A DNA stretch of 63,439 bases, filler included, from Reticulomyxa filosa (lineage: Eukaryota; Protista; Foraminifera): assembly GCA_000512085.1 (NCBI GenBank). It is 24 parts of 24 records of this genome, joined end to end, with 100 filler letters (N's around TTAATTAATTAA, not from the genome) between each part and the next. Parts side by side here need not be neighbours in the genome. Positions count along the whole stretch, not along the records: positions 9,125 to 12,965 come from ASPP01006598.1; positions 13,066 to 14,473 come from ASPP01046795.1; positions 14,574 to 16,010 come from ASPP01026379.1; positions 16,111 to 20,130 come from ASPP01006030.1; positions 20,231 to 22,395 come from ASPP01009615.1; positions 22,496 to 23,596 come from ASPP01038234.1; positions 23,697 to 27,211 come from ASPP01005185.1; 17 more parts are not named here. The stretch is one strand, 5' to 3'. How positions within the stretch are numbered: position 1 is the stretch's first letter; each line of letters begins with the position of its first letter. The position numbers and the translations under genes were made by a program. A model generated the notes under the pieces. It saw only the letters and a list, made by a program, of their open reading frames with translations, was not told the origin of the DNA and made no database searches. This document shows, piece by piece, positions 12,317 to 24,478 of this stretch.

Positions 12317-13313
12317 TCACGTCTTTTTTTTATTTTTATGGAAATTTTCAAAAAAGTTTCTTTGTATACAATGCCAAGACTCTTTTTTAAATAGAAAATT
12401 AAACAATTTTGTTTTGAAAGAAAGTTAAAAAGTAAAACATAGTTAATTAAATGATTTGTGCAATTGATGCTTTCATTGGAGAAAATTGATCTACAAATTC
12501 ATTCGCTAAAGAAAGTGAATAACACATGAGACAATATCCTTTTTTTCTTCGCATTGTCGTACTTTCTTCTGTTTTTTTCACGTGGTCGTTTTCCTAGTTG
12601 CGATATGTCGTTTTTTTGCAAAAAGTTCACTGGCCGCGAAATATTTTAACATATAATATCAGTCTTTTGTATTAAAAGGGTAAATATATGTATTTAAACC
12701 ATTTTTGAAACTAGTTGACCTATTTAGTGGCTCTAAGTCTGCTATGTGCATTAGATATCCACAATTGAAGTGTACGTCATCAGACTGCTGATGATACTAT
12801 ATTAATTACGTGTTAAAATAGCATTTTAATTTTTAGAGTTCTATCACTAATTATACATTAGGATAAAAAAGAAAGTTGACACCTAAAATGCCACCTTATA
12901 GAGATTATTGGTTTCTACATGAAAAAACAACATTTAATCAAAATTTTTTAAAAAATATGTATGAANNNNNNNNNNNNNNNNNNNNNNNNNNNNNNNNNNN
13001 NNNNNNNNNTTAATTAATTAANNNNNNNNNNNNNNNNNNNNNNNNNNNNNNNNNNNNNNNNNNNNAAAAAAAAAATTTGTCAAGAGCGTACTTGTTTAGC
13101 ACCGGTTTATACCAATAACTCGTTTCTAATTTATCCATTGTTTACTTTAATTCTTGGTTGATTGTCATGTTCGCGTTTTTATAAGTATTTTGCTAGGGTC
13201 AAAAAACTTTGAGGAAAGGAAACTTCCAGCTGTTGTGACAAGCGCAGTTTTTTGAAGACAAAAAGAGTTTGTCAACTGTTTCGTTTTTAATTTCAATTGC
13301 CTAAAGTGAAACA

Positions 13314-14473
13314 ATGATGTATTTTGTAGTTTTCTTAACCTCACTGTTTTTGTCGACATCAGCAAAGGTGATGTACGGTTCAGCAACAGTGGGTTCCTCG
13401 AGCGAGTTTTTCTACAGTGCCAGTGTGGACGACTCCACCGGTAAAACCACGATAACCATGCAAGGTCCAGCAGGACGTTACTTGGCGGCCGGTTTCGGAA
13501 ACACAAAAATGAGCAATACCTATAACATAGTTTACGGATCAGTTACAACCTGTGAAACTTTCATTTTATTATTGCAAAAGGAGGAAAAAAAAAAAACAAA
13601 ACAAAATTCAAGACCCACCAAAATAAAAAAAAAAGGTGAGCGGTGTGTGGAAAGTGTGGGAGCAGTACACCACAGGAGACAGTGCAGGAACGCAGATGAC
13701 AAATATGTGTGGTGGGACTACGTGCGTGACAATAGTATCAAGTACGACAGCGAATAACGTGCAAACTGTGGTGTTGGAGCGAGCAAACGATGTGAGTTCG
13801 TCAAGCACGAAAGCATATAAGTTTAGCACAGCGACAACAAAGATGCCAACGGAGTGGGCTTACGGATCAGGTTCAACGTATGCCAACCACGGTTCAAGTC
13901 GACGTGGAGGAGCTAATCTGGCAATGTCAGTAGTGGCAGCACCAACGACCACAACGACAAAAGCACCCACAGTCACGATAACGACCACAACAAAAGCGCC
14001 CACTGCACCGACCACAACGAAAGCCCCCACTGCACCGACCACTAAAGCACCGACCACACCAACGACCACCACAACACTGGCACCCACCAAACAACAGACC
14101 ACCAGACAACCAACAACCCCGACGCGAGAGCCCACGGAACGTCCTCCAACCACAAAAGCCCCAACAACGGCTAAGCCGACTACAAAAAGCCCAACAACAG
14201 TTACAAGCACAGGACCCAGCACGACCTCCAGTTCGTCAGGTCGTGTGTACGGACAAGTTTCAATATCACTCGGTTTCTTCTACAGTGTTTTAATCGACGA
14301 TTCCAGCGGCACTACCACCGTCACTATGAGCGGACCTTCTGACGCGTATTTATCTGTAGGCTTTGGGAACACGGTCATGACGAATACTTATTGCGTTGTC
14401 TACGCGACAGTTATTTATTTTTTTTCCCCTTTTGCTTGAAAAAAAAATGGCTTTTTTTTTTTTTTTTTTTTTT
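13314..14473 (+). CDS. Secreted tandem DOMON-domain protein with Thr/Pro-rich linker (3' partial)
   Basis: Signal peptide MMYFVVFLTSLFLSTSA. Repeat 1: TMQGPAGRYLAAGFGNTKMSNT...VVLER...WAYG...NHG. Repeat 2: TMSGPSDAYLSVGFGNTVMTNT. Intron 13542-13635. Confidence 0.78.
13940..14230 (+). repeat. Coding imperfect repeats (TTTKAPT/PT), mucin-like linker
   Basis: Repeated TTKAPTAP units in the translation. Confidence 0.85.
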
Positions 14474-14573
14474 NNNNNNNNNNNNNNNNNNNNNNNNNNN
14501 NNNNNNNNNNNNNNNNNTTAATTAATTAANNNNNNNNNNNNNNNNNNNNNNNNNNNNNNNNNNNNNNNNNNNN

Positions 14574-14843
14574 TTTCAACTGAGTCAAAGTTCGCACGAG
14601 CCTTTGTTCCAACAAATTGGCATCGAATTAACGAGAAACGAACGCTCACTTTGCGTTCGAGAACAAACTCTTTGTCCCATTTGCTTGGAAAATCTCATTG
14701 ATAACACACAAATGTGTCCTCCGAAAACTGTTGTCAAATTAAGACATTGTGGACACTACTTTCACTCTTTGTGCTTGGAAGAGTGGATCAATGTACAATT
14801 GCTATGTCCTGTTTGCAGAAGTTGTTTAGACGATTTGGTTTAA
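14574..14843 (+). CDS. RING-H2 zinc finger protein, C-terminal exon
   Basis: CPICLE...CGHYFHSLCLEEW...CPVCR (C3H2C3). Confidence 0.9.
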   Translation, partial: FQLSQSSHEPLFQQIGIELTRNERSLCVREQTLCPICLENLIDNTQMCPPKTVVKLRHCGHYFHSLCLEEWINVQLLCPVCRSCLDDLV

Positions 14844-15385
14844 ACTTTACTACTATTCCTTTTGTATTTTTTTTTGCCAAGTCAATTTTAAGAAATATAA
14901 ACTCCAACCACAAAATGTTAAAACTAATGGACATAATTCATTTGTGACTACTATCATTTTTTAAAGGGTTTTTGGCCAACGGCAGCTTATATCATTTACC
15001 ACATTGCTAAGTCGATGAGTAACTAACTATATCTACTCGTGTTTTCCCACTTTTTTTTTTTTGGACAAGTGGAGCTCCCCTTCGACCGACAGTGCTACTT
15101 GCCTCGGTCTGCTTGCCAATTTGCGTGAGACAACAAAATCGAATATAACATGGGGATTGTCTGTCACACTCCACTTAGCGTTTCAAGTTGTCAAATCCGC
15201 TTTGAAAAAAAACGGAGGTGGTCCTTGCTTGAACAATACGACAAAAGTATTAAACACAAAGAATTTGATATCAACTGTATGTATTATTTATCTTTTAAAC
15301 TTTATGGGCAATATGAAAACATACAATAACCTTTGACACATTTGAACAAGCAAACAAACTGATAGTAGCTGCCGCAAGCAAGGGA

Positions 15386-15880
15386 TCAATTGACAATGCA
15401 GAGATGTATGGGAACCCACGAGGAAACTGTGAGGCCCTGTTTGGAATAGCACTCAAGTCGTTGCAATGTGAGATCCATACATCTACAGTCGCACTAATTT
15501 GGCGATTACCACGAAATTTTATTAAGCACCATCGCGTCATCCAAAATGCATACAAGATGTCATGGATTATTCATACACTGAAGTGAATGAATACGGGGCC
15601 AGTCGAAAACACGTGATGGAAGTTAAAGCTTTCTTTTCTTCCGTCCCACCTTTACTTGTCTTTACATTCAAACTTTTTTTTGTGGAGATAGATGGATCTT
15701 TGAAGCGATTGCATTGACCCAGTGTTGGAAATAGGACGCGCTTTCACTTGATCAAAAGTGGCCGAGCTCATTATTGGGGGTACCTCGATGTGGCCAAGTT
15801 GGAGAATTGTCGAAGCCTATTATTTGGCTGAAAAGTACCGACTGATCCCACCCATTGTCGAGCAGCATGTTTGACAGAGG
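15386..15880 (+). pseudogene. Aldo-keto reductase (Kv-beta-like) pseudogene
   Basis: DNAEMYG..GNCEALFG, NEYGASRKHVME, GSLKRL, LEIGRAF, G.AHYWG/TSMWP..RIVEAY..AEKYRLIPPIVEQ. Several frameshifts and deletions. Confidence 0.8.
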
Positions 15881-16110
15881 TTTGTTAATTTGATGCAACG
15901 CAACTACAAACAAAGAGGGAAAACCACAATTGTGTCATCTTTTTTTTTCGAAAGTATACTTTTCGATAACAATATAAAAAAAAAAATTGCTTAATACTTT
16001 TTTTTTTTTTNNNNNNNNNNNNNNNNNNNNNNNNNNNNNNNNNNNNNNNNNNNNTTAATTAATTAANNNNNNNNNNNNNNNNNNNNNNNNNNNNNNNNNN
16101 NNNNNNNNNN

Positions 16111-16648
16111 AAAAAAAAAAAAGCGCAACAGAAGCATTATGATTTGTTATAAGAACATCATCTTCCGAGCCTAGCATATTCCATGACGTAGAATAGTCAT
16201 CTGTATAGGGAACTGCCACTTTCTTATTTGGCAATGGACGTTGTTCCGGAGATGAAAATATATCAGATAACATCAAATATTTCCCAAATGAGGACACATA
16301 TGTGCTTTCATTGCCTCTATCTATTGTCTCCAAACCATGAGCATCATTCCCATTTGGGTACAAATTGCTATCAAATGTATCAATGGAATTCATTCCATTC
16401 ACCAATTCCATTCCCCCTGGATGACTCACTGCGCCAGTTGATGGTTCGCCCACATGGTTGGACACTGAAATTGGAGGTTGGACTGGAAATAACGGGTGGA
16501 CCGGTGCTGTTGTAGGTGAGTAGTTTTGGTCGTTACGCGCTGGTGTTGTGAAGAGCGGGAGCAAACTTGTTGCATTGGAAGAATAGGGCAATGATATTTC
16601 TTCACTGCTTGCTTCAACAAACAGATCTGCAACGCCATTCCCTTTCAT
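16111..16648 (-). CDS. Hypothetical protein, low-complexity 5' exon (3' partial)
   Basis: ATG-initiated open frame of about 175 codons, rich in Ser/Pro/Asn, running into a poly-T intron-like end. Confidence 0.5.
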
Positions 16649-16979
16649 CAGTATTATTATGTTGACTTCAAAAAATATTTACAGTAGGGCTATCGCTCAC
16701 TCTCGAAAGTTTAGTGACGCTTCTCGTCGAAAGCGGAATATATTGGCGCAAAAAAGACACCAGAATTGCAAAAAAACAGTCCTTTTTTAGTTGAATAAGC
16801 TTTGCAAAAGTTGAAGATCTAGCGAATTATAACTGCGGTCACAATTACTTTAAGTTGGATCAAGTAGATTGAAAAAACAACATGGAAAAATATAGCTTTT
16901 TTCACCATTTACACATTAGTTCACGCATAATAACGCGCAATAATGACAAAGCGGGCTAACAAACCACAAAACACTATTT

Positions 16980-18991
16980 TTATCGATTCTTGGGTGCAAA
17001 GTGGGCCAAAAAGTAGTTTTGTATAGTGTTGGCATTTTTGTTTGAAGAGACAGCCCCCAATGAAGTGGGAAGACGTACAACAGTTCCGCTAGGTTTATTG
17101 CTTGGTAGACCAACCCTGCCAGTTGTTTTGGAGGAAGCAGTGCTCAGCCTACGTTTTTTTTGTTCCATTATAGTAGACATGCTCTTGTTTTCCATAAATG
17201 ACTCATTGTTCAATGCTTGACCAAACATGGACAACGTTCTATTGTATTGTTTGTTCAATAAGTCACATTTTTCTTTTCTTTGCTGTGGCTGTGTGGAAAA
17301 TACATAGAGGGTGATTAGATTGCAATAACATACTCAGTAGCAACCGAGGGCAAAGCTGGAGGGCATACATTTGAAGGGAATGACGAAGAGGGCAGGAGTT
17401 TCGCACTGGGAATGCTCTGTCCAGTCAAGTGCAAAATCTGTTCCGAAAAAGAGCAGAAATGGAAAAAAAGCCTTAACTGTTGCCATTGACTTCATTGGGT
17501 TGTTTCGAAAATTTGCACTTTCAAAGGGAGGATTTTTCATAATTCCCTAAGCCATTTAGAAAAAAAGAAGATACAAAAAATGGATTAATTTTCCAAGAAG
17601 GAGAAATATAATTGGAAAAGTGGGGAAAAAAAAACAAATAACTAAGTAAAAGAGAACATAAACAACAAAACATATTGCTGCTGCGGTTTGGGCGGTGCTG
17701 TGGGATAAAATGGGCGAGAATTGAAATTGGACGCAGGTTGTGACAAAGTTTCATTGTTTGGATGAACTCTTGCAGAGGAGGCAGGTGAAGATGGCACACT
17801 TTTGTCACCTTTTTGTCCAGACCCACGCACTGTCCGATACATCTTTTCTATTGTAAATCGATCCCAAGAGTTACACTTTGTTCTCTCCCAACAACAACAG
17901 TAACAATAAAACAGAGCAAAAATCATACGATATTTGTCGCATTGCCTTTCTTTTTCTCGAATGTCTGCTTGTAAAGATTGGATTGTCTATTTATTGATTT
18001 TCCGCATCACATTTTTGTATTAAAAATCAAGCGGAGTGATGAACAAAAAAATAGATAAAATGTATAGAAAATACTTGACTTGTTTCGTTTTTTGCAGTTC
18101 CAGCTTTAAATAAAGTCATCCATTACAAACACAATCACATTTGGCAGCCAATCAAAAAAACCACAAAATCATAAGGCGAGAAGAGAAGATCAAAATAACA
18201 CAAAAAAAAAAGCAGAACTTCTGCGTTTTGGAGTTGTTTCAGCAATAATTGATGCTCATTCTTGGACTGCAAACTCTTATTTTCAATTGCCCCTTTAACT
18301 TGCTCCAGTTCTTTTTTTGCCTCATCCTTTGTTGTGTGTTATTCCATCGTTTTTTTTTTTTTTTTTTGTTTTTCAAAAAAAAACGCAAAAACATTCAAAA
18401 AATGTTAACTGTAAAATGTAATAGAAACACTTATTAACTCTTTTTTTTTTCATGTCTTGGTAATACAAACTGTAAAGCTTTCTTTGCAATACCCTTTGTG
18501 TATCCCAAAACTCCAAGGCCATCTGTGAAGATTGCATGACCAGATGTGGAGGGCACCCAATTAATTTCAACACCACCTCCTGTTCGTCAAATATTACTGG
18601 AATGTTGACAAAGTCGTTTTCCATGTTCAACTCTGCTTTGCAAATACGGCCTTTTTATTCATTTTTTTTTTGTGATGTGTGGTATTACAACAACTGATTA
18701 AGCACAGCACACTTTTTTCGTTTGTTGGGTGGTATGTCCATAGACAGAAATCCAACAGTGTGGTTGCAGGTATCCACAAAGTAAATACAAGTAATAGCAT
18801 CTCCACGGCGAATGGCTAAAGTGGATAAACAACTGTTGCAAAACAAATGTCGGCATGATGATAACCACGAGTTTTCTTCCGGAAGTGGCTTCCAACACTG
18901 GTTGCTGTATGTGAAAAGTTAAGTGTACACAATACAATTATCTAGCACAAACACGCCTATTTTCTTACCAATTCAGCTCAGAGCTCGTCAT
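16980..18991 (-). CDS. HEI10: HEI10/CCNB1IP1-like meiotic crossover RING E3 ligase
   Basis: Exons 18991-18969, 18904-18789, 18650-18439, 18326-18219, 18103-18080, 17986-17929, 17847-17672 and 17546-17478, plus less certain tail exons to the stop at 16980. Translation: MTSSELNCNQCWKPL...SSCRHLFCNSC...CRICKAEL...LIGCPPHLVMQSSQMALEFWDTQ, then a coiled coil ending EKERQCDKYQKMYRTVR and a disordered tail. All GT-AG junctions are in phase. Confidence 0.82.
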
Positions 18992-19295
18992 TTTTTGTCG
19001 TGTTTCTGAAAGATCTTGCAGAAAAACTGCTCGGAACACGTTCACTTAGAGAATTTAAAATGTCTGCCCCTGGCAGCAAGCACGAAAAGGTGAAAGTACG
19101 TATATATTTCAAATTAAGTTGTGCAATACATCAGTTCTGCAACTTTTCAGAAAATTCTTTTCTGTTATTCAAAAAATAAAACTGCTATCGTCTTTTTACA
19201 ACATACGCAAAAGCAGACAGGTTACAAAGAAGTCGAGTTACGATTACTTTTCGGTGGACGAGGGCATAAGAAAAACTCACACAGATAATAGAAAA

Positions 19296-20130
19296 ATGGC
19301 ACAAATAATGTACTTCCTTGTGTGCCTTCTACAAGCAATTTTATGGGCAGGAGTGCGTGCAAAATGTCAGTCTCTCTTACTTACGAAAACATTGTTGTCG
19401 AGTGTATGAATTTTTGTTTGTAGGAAAGTGCGAGCAGGTTGGAATGAGTTTGTTGTACTTGGGATGACAACTTGTATGATATAGTGGATATGCACTTGCA
19501 AGTGAACATTGATACATCTGGCTCCGTGTACGTGAACAACAAGCAAGTGATGACGCTATCAAACAAGAACGCATATGTATACAAAGTAGTGACCTTGCAA
19601 CCAGGGGACAATGTAATAGCCGTTACCGCAACTAACGCAGAAAGTACAGGTGCAGTATTTTGTTATTGGGTGGTGAGTGACTTTAGCATGTCTGACGTAA
19701 GTGATAGTACATGGAAATATGCAACAACGGTACCAGCGAACTGGTATCTAACCAATTACTCAGATACGGCATGGTCGTACGCATCCGATTATGGTAAAAG
19801 ATCGAGACAACCAACCAAAAACACACCTTTTGCACATTTTTTAATTTTCAATAAACTTTTGAAATGGGCATCATAAAAGAGTGGTGGATTTTTTTTTTTT
19901 TTTTTTGAATGTACTTTTGGGACACTACTAACAAACTTTTTTTTTTGCACAAAAAAAAAAAAAAAAAAAAACTTTGATATTTGCACAAATGTCCCAAGGC
20001 CCATACTATCTTTCCGGGAAAAGTGTTACTGGATGGAACATCACATATGCTGGAAGAATATGGTCTCCACTGTTGACAGGTTTTGTTTGCTTGTTTACAT
20101 TTCAATGTATATATTTGCATATGTGTATAT
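19296..20130 (+). CDS. Secreted lectin / CBM67-like beta-sandwich protein (3' partial)
   Basis: Signal peptide MAQIMYFLVCLLQAILWAG, then VYVNNKQV...LQPGDNVIAVTATN...SDSTWK...P.NW...YSDTAWS.ASDYG. The position of the first intron is uncertain. Confidence 0.6.
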
Positions 20131-20230
20131 NNNNNNNNNNNNNNNNNNNNNNNNNNNNNNNNNNNNNNNNNNNNTTAATTAATTAANNNNNNNNNNNNNN
20201 NNNNNNNNNNNNNNNNNNNNNNNNNNNNNN

Positions 20231-21202
20231 AAAAAAAAAAAAAAAAGGGGCCTGGGGTTCTGAGATGAACTTTTTTTCTTTTTAAAAAAATAAAAAAATA
20301 AAAAAGTGAACCAAAGTATCATGTTTGGTGAAGACACGATTAGAGTCGAAAGGTGTGGCTTCACAAGCGATCAATTCATCGTTTAGTCCATTTGTGTCAA
20401 TGGTTGGCTTGTGATTATTTTTTTTCATTTTCAAAGGAATAAAGTTTGCATGCCAATCCCAATAGCGATCTTCTTTCAATTGCTTCGTGTCTTTGCGATC
20501 TGTCTTTTCTCTCTTCTTTTTTTTTCTTCCTCGACAGCTGCAAGTTCAGTCAAAAATTCTATCAATGATTGTTCATTTGCACTTTCCTTTATAAGTAACC
20601 CAGCCCATATATATGTGCATTTATTTCTCTCAAATAACTGAAATCGATAACTGAAACAAACAAACAACTTTGGAAAAAAAAATTAACTTCTGGACTTGCG
20701 TGCACAAAGTGCTCCCAACACGTATGTAAACATTGATTATTGTTCCATAACTGAAATTGGATTTGCAAGGTCTCGTGTTTGGGTACAATCACAAATTTTA
20801 TCGAACATTGCACTCTTGTCTTTATTCCATTGCTTTCATTCAGCAAATAACTATATTCACACTCTCGCAGTTCTACGTTGCTTTGCTCGTATCTTACTTT
20901 CCATCGCAGGTTATTTAACATATCTTTATCAATCGTGTCACAAAATTGAATTATAAATAGCACGTTTGTTAAATGCCCTTTCGTCATGTTGTAGTTGTCT
21001 ATCACTGTCCATGAATGGTTTATCAATTTCAACCAATGCACTTGTGGCGTCATATGGCTAGCAAAATTTGAAATATTTGGTTCTTCATGTGCCCAAAATG
21101 TACCAAACATTTCAGATCTATCTATATCTTGCTATTTAGGATTTTGAGTTTTATAATTAAAAACAACCTGACTGGACTTTTAAATTTTTGATGGATACTC
21201 AT
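20231..21202 (-). CDS. Hypothetical multi-exon protein (3' partial)
   Basis: Consecutive minus-strand open frames separated by GT-AG introns. No domain recognised. Confidence 0.5.
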
Positions 21203-21527
21203 CAATATATTTGCTGGAGCATCTCTTTGTAAGATTTTAAATTGTACTAACAATTTTTCATGGGTTTTTATCAATACGGACAATGATATGATGGTTTTTA
21301 TGCAACACAAAACAAAGTATACCAAAAAATTGAAAAGGATTTATTATTTTGATTGTATTACGCTCCTGTTTTTTGTCGCCAAGATTTTTTTATTGGACGC
21401 AATACCTAAATCAAATCAGTCTCTTTCTTTTTTTTGGAACTGTGTTTGGGAGGGGTAAAACCAAAAAGATTTGATTCGCAAGTAAGTGTAAAATCGTTAT
21501 TGAAACCGAAAAAAAGGAGATTATTGC

Positions 21528-22395
21528 ATGGGTAACATTTCAAATAGCCCAAGTGCGCGAGGGTTGCTTATTGATGAAGATGGAGCCGTTTTCTCACAAG
21601 GCAACACAAGCGGCCTGACGGTAGCACATGCCAAAAACGAAAATGAGGAGAGCCTATCACAATCGACAAATCTGACTTCTGTGGAATACCTTGGCTTGAA
21701 CAGTAGCATCGAAGCAGGCAACAAAAAGGCTCAAAATGAAGTAAGGAGTGAAAGTCGATCTACGAATCTCCTCATGGCGGCACAAGCAAGGAAGAAGATT
21801 GGAGTGCAGGAGTCAGTGTGAAATGTCATGCCAAAAGCGAGAAATGCAGTCGTTACGATATTATAGAAAAGTTGAGTGGGACGGATTCATGTCGAGTGAT
21901 GAAAGTGCAAGATCGTCGAACTGGGATTGCATACGCAATGAAACAGATATCAGTTTCATTTTTGTTTGTTTTTTTTTTTTTGTAAAAAAAAAAAAATAGT
22001 GAATCCATCTAGATATCTTTCTTTGCTAAAAAAAAAATCGTGTGTGCAAATTGGCAAACAAAATTTGTTTTGGGATTGACAATGACAGCGCGACCAAAAA
22101 TGGGCAGACATTGTGTTTCAAAACGAATCGACCGTGTTGCGAGCCATTCGTTGGAATGGAGTCATTAGGTATGCAAACTTTGCGTTTATTAACTTGTTGA
22201 AAGAACGACAAGGAGAGGAAAGAGGGGATAGAATGTTAGCTGTAACCACAGCAAAACAACAACATAAAAAGGCTTGTCGACTATTTTTCGGACGACAAAT
22301 TTCATTACATTGTTACTGAATTAGGAACAAGTGATCTTTTCAGTTTTGGAGCTACACAATCAATACAAAAAAAAAAAAAAAATTGTTTGTTTTGT
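21528..22395 (+). CDS. N-myristoylated Ser/Thr protein kinase (CAMK-like), N-lobe only (3' partial)
   Basis: Starts MGNISNS. After a 1-nt shift at the A-run 21751-21753 it reads YDIIEKLSGTDSCRVMKVQDRRTGIAYAMKQIS|RDQKWADIVFQNESTVLRAIRWNGVI|RLVDYFSDDKFHYIVTELGT, corresponding to kinase subdomains I-V. Confidence 0.75.
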
Positions 22396-23696
22396 NNNNN
22401 NNNNNNNNNNNNNNNNNNNNNNNNNNNNNNNNNNNNNNNTTAATTAATTAANNNNNNNNNNNNNNNNNNNNNNNNNNNNNNNNNNNNNNNNNNNNTGTTA
22501 TTGTAATTATAAACAACATATTGAAAGACATATTCCATTTAAATTTTACATTGATTGAAAATATATTTTCTATTTTGATATATCAAAGATAAGTGACAAA
22601 TAGCATTTTCGATTGAGAATGTCAACTACTTGATGTGCCAATAAAAATTACTTGAGATGATAGATTTTTTTGAAAGGCATTATATAAATGTAATGCAATT
22701 GAAATGAATTCAAACAATCTCAAAGCTGATATTGCAAGCAAAATTATTTTTTTTTTTAGCAAAGGGATCAAAATGGAATAGAGAAAAAAGTAAATGCAAA
22801 TCTACATCTATCCCCAAAAACAAAAAAAATTTTATCCTCAAAAAATTACTCCAAAAAAACTTGTGCAAATTGGAGTGGAATTTTTCTTCATTTTTTATGA
22901 AAGGCCAAAAAAAACTCAGATATTCAGTGTTACAAATGCAAATCCATTTTGTTTTGTCATGGTTCTCAATGTTATTGTTGCGTATATTCTTGTAATATAT
23001 CTTTTTGAATTGTGCAAAACATTACCACTTTAAAAAAGTGATGAAACAAAGAACTTTTTTTCAATTTTTTGTTTCTTAAAAACCAAACAACTAAGCAAAC
23101 AAAAGGATGCATCACAAAGTTTTCGTTTGATTTGAAAAAAAGTGCACTTTACATTCAATTTTAAAATTATTCACAATTGTGGTCAAGATATTACCAATGG
23201 CCAACAATTAAAAGTTGAAATACACATGCAAAAAATATTCTTTATTTTAGAGATGTCGCAATAGAATAACAGGAAAATTTGTTTTCTTTTAATTTCAATA
23301 TTACAAGGGATTTTTAAACAAAGAAATATGAATTAAACTTTGAAGACTGATTGTATTCATGTGAAATTAATAATATATAGTATTTCTAGTTGAACTAGTA
23401 TTTCGAGATATCATAAAAACTTGATTTGGAATATAAAAACACAATTTTATATCTCTTGATAACATTTGATTGCTATGAATCACTTTGAACATTAATCCAA
23501 AGTTTCATCACCATTTAAAGTGAGACAATTTTTGTTACATTTTAACTCGTTAATATCAAGTTTTTTGTTTTTCTTCAGTTTTAATTTGAATCTGAANNNN
23601 NNNNNNNNNNNNNNNNNNNNNNNNNNNNNNNNNNNNNNNNTTAATTAATTAANNNNNNNNNNNNNNNNNNNNNNNNNNNNNNNNNNNNNNNNNNNN

Positions 23697-24439
23697 TTTG
23701 TTTGTTTTTTTTTTGAAAGTTGAAAGAAGAAGCATTTTAGAAATGATTGCCCAAGCATTTCGGGCAATGTTGATATCCAACGAAAATGAGTTAATCCACA
23801 CATCGTTTGGCTGGAGCAACATGTGCAAGACGCCGGAAGAAAGGGACGACATATGCATTGAGTGGATAAAGTCGGAGTTACTCTACCAATATTCACGCGT
23901 CGTGTATGGACGAGCTTGTGAACGTCACCGTAGAGCCTGTGCTTTGGTCCACAGCCTATTCAACCCTTTGACGTACGAAGCATCGCGAGAAAAGACACAG
24001 CGATTCCTACGCAAGGTGGTCAATCTTTACGAGGGCTTCCAAATAGCGCTGTCCAGTTTGCCCAAATTGACCGCCGACCAACCCGAGGCGGAGCGCTTTC
24101 AAAACGCATTCACATTCATGGGCGTGTTGTGGTCGGAGTTGCGAATGGCACTCAAAACGTATCAAGACCACAACTCCACGGAATATCAAAGAATCACACA
24201 AAGCATCCAAACTTTTATCAAACAGCAAACGCCAGATTTGTACGATCAAATCACTACGATCGACTGTGAGGATATTTTCCGAGCCTTTCGGACATGTCTC
24301 ATACACCAATTGCATGACTTGGCAAATTTTGACGAACATTTGGATGAAATTGTTTGTTTAAAAATATATACATATACACATATGTACATATGTATATGTA
24401 TGTATATTTATATAAATATATATATATATACATATATAT

Positions 24440-24478
<39 letters not shown>

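Noticed and set aside
13860-14222. Val/Gly-rich hydrophobic ORF
   Set aside because: It is the antisense shadow of the Thr/Pro linker.
22496-23596. Short ORFs in a very AT-rich contig
   Set aside because: No motif or coding signal; probably non-coding or fully decayed.
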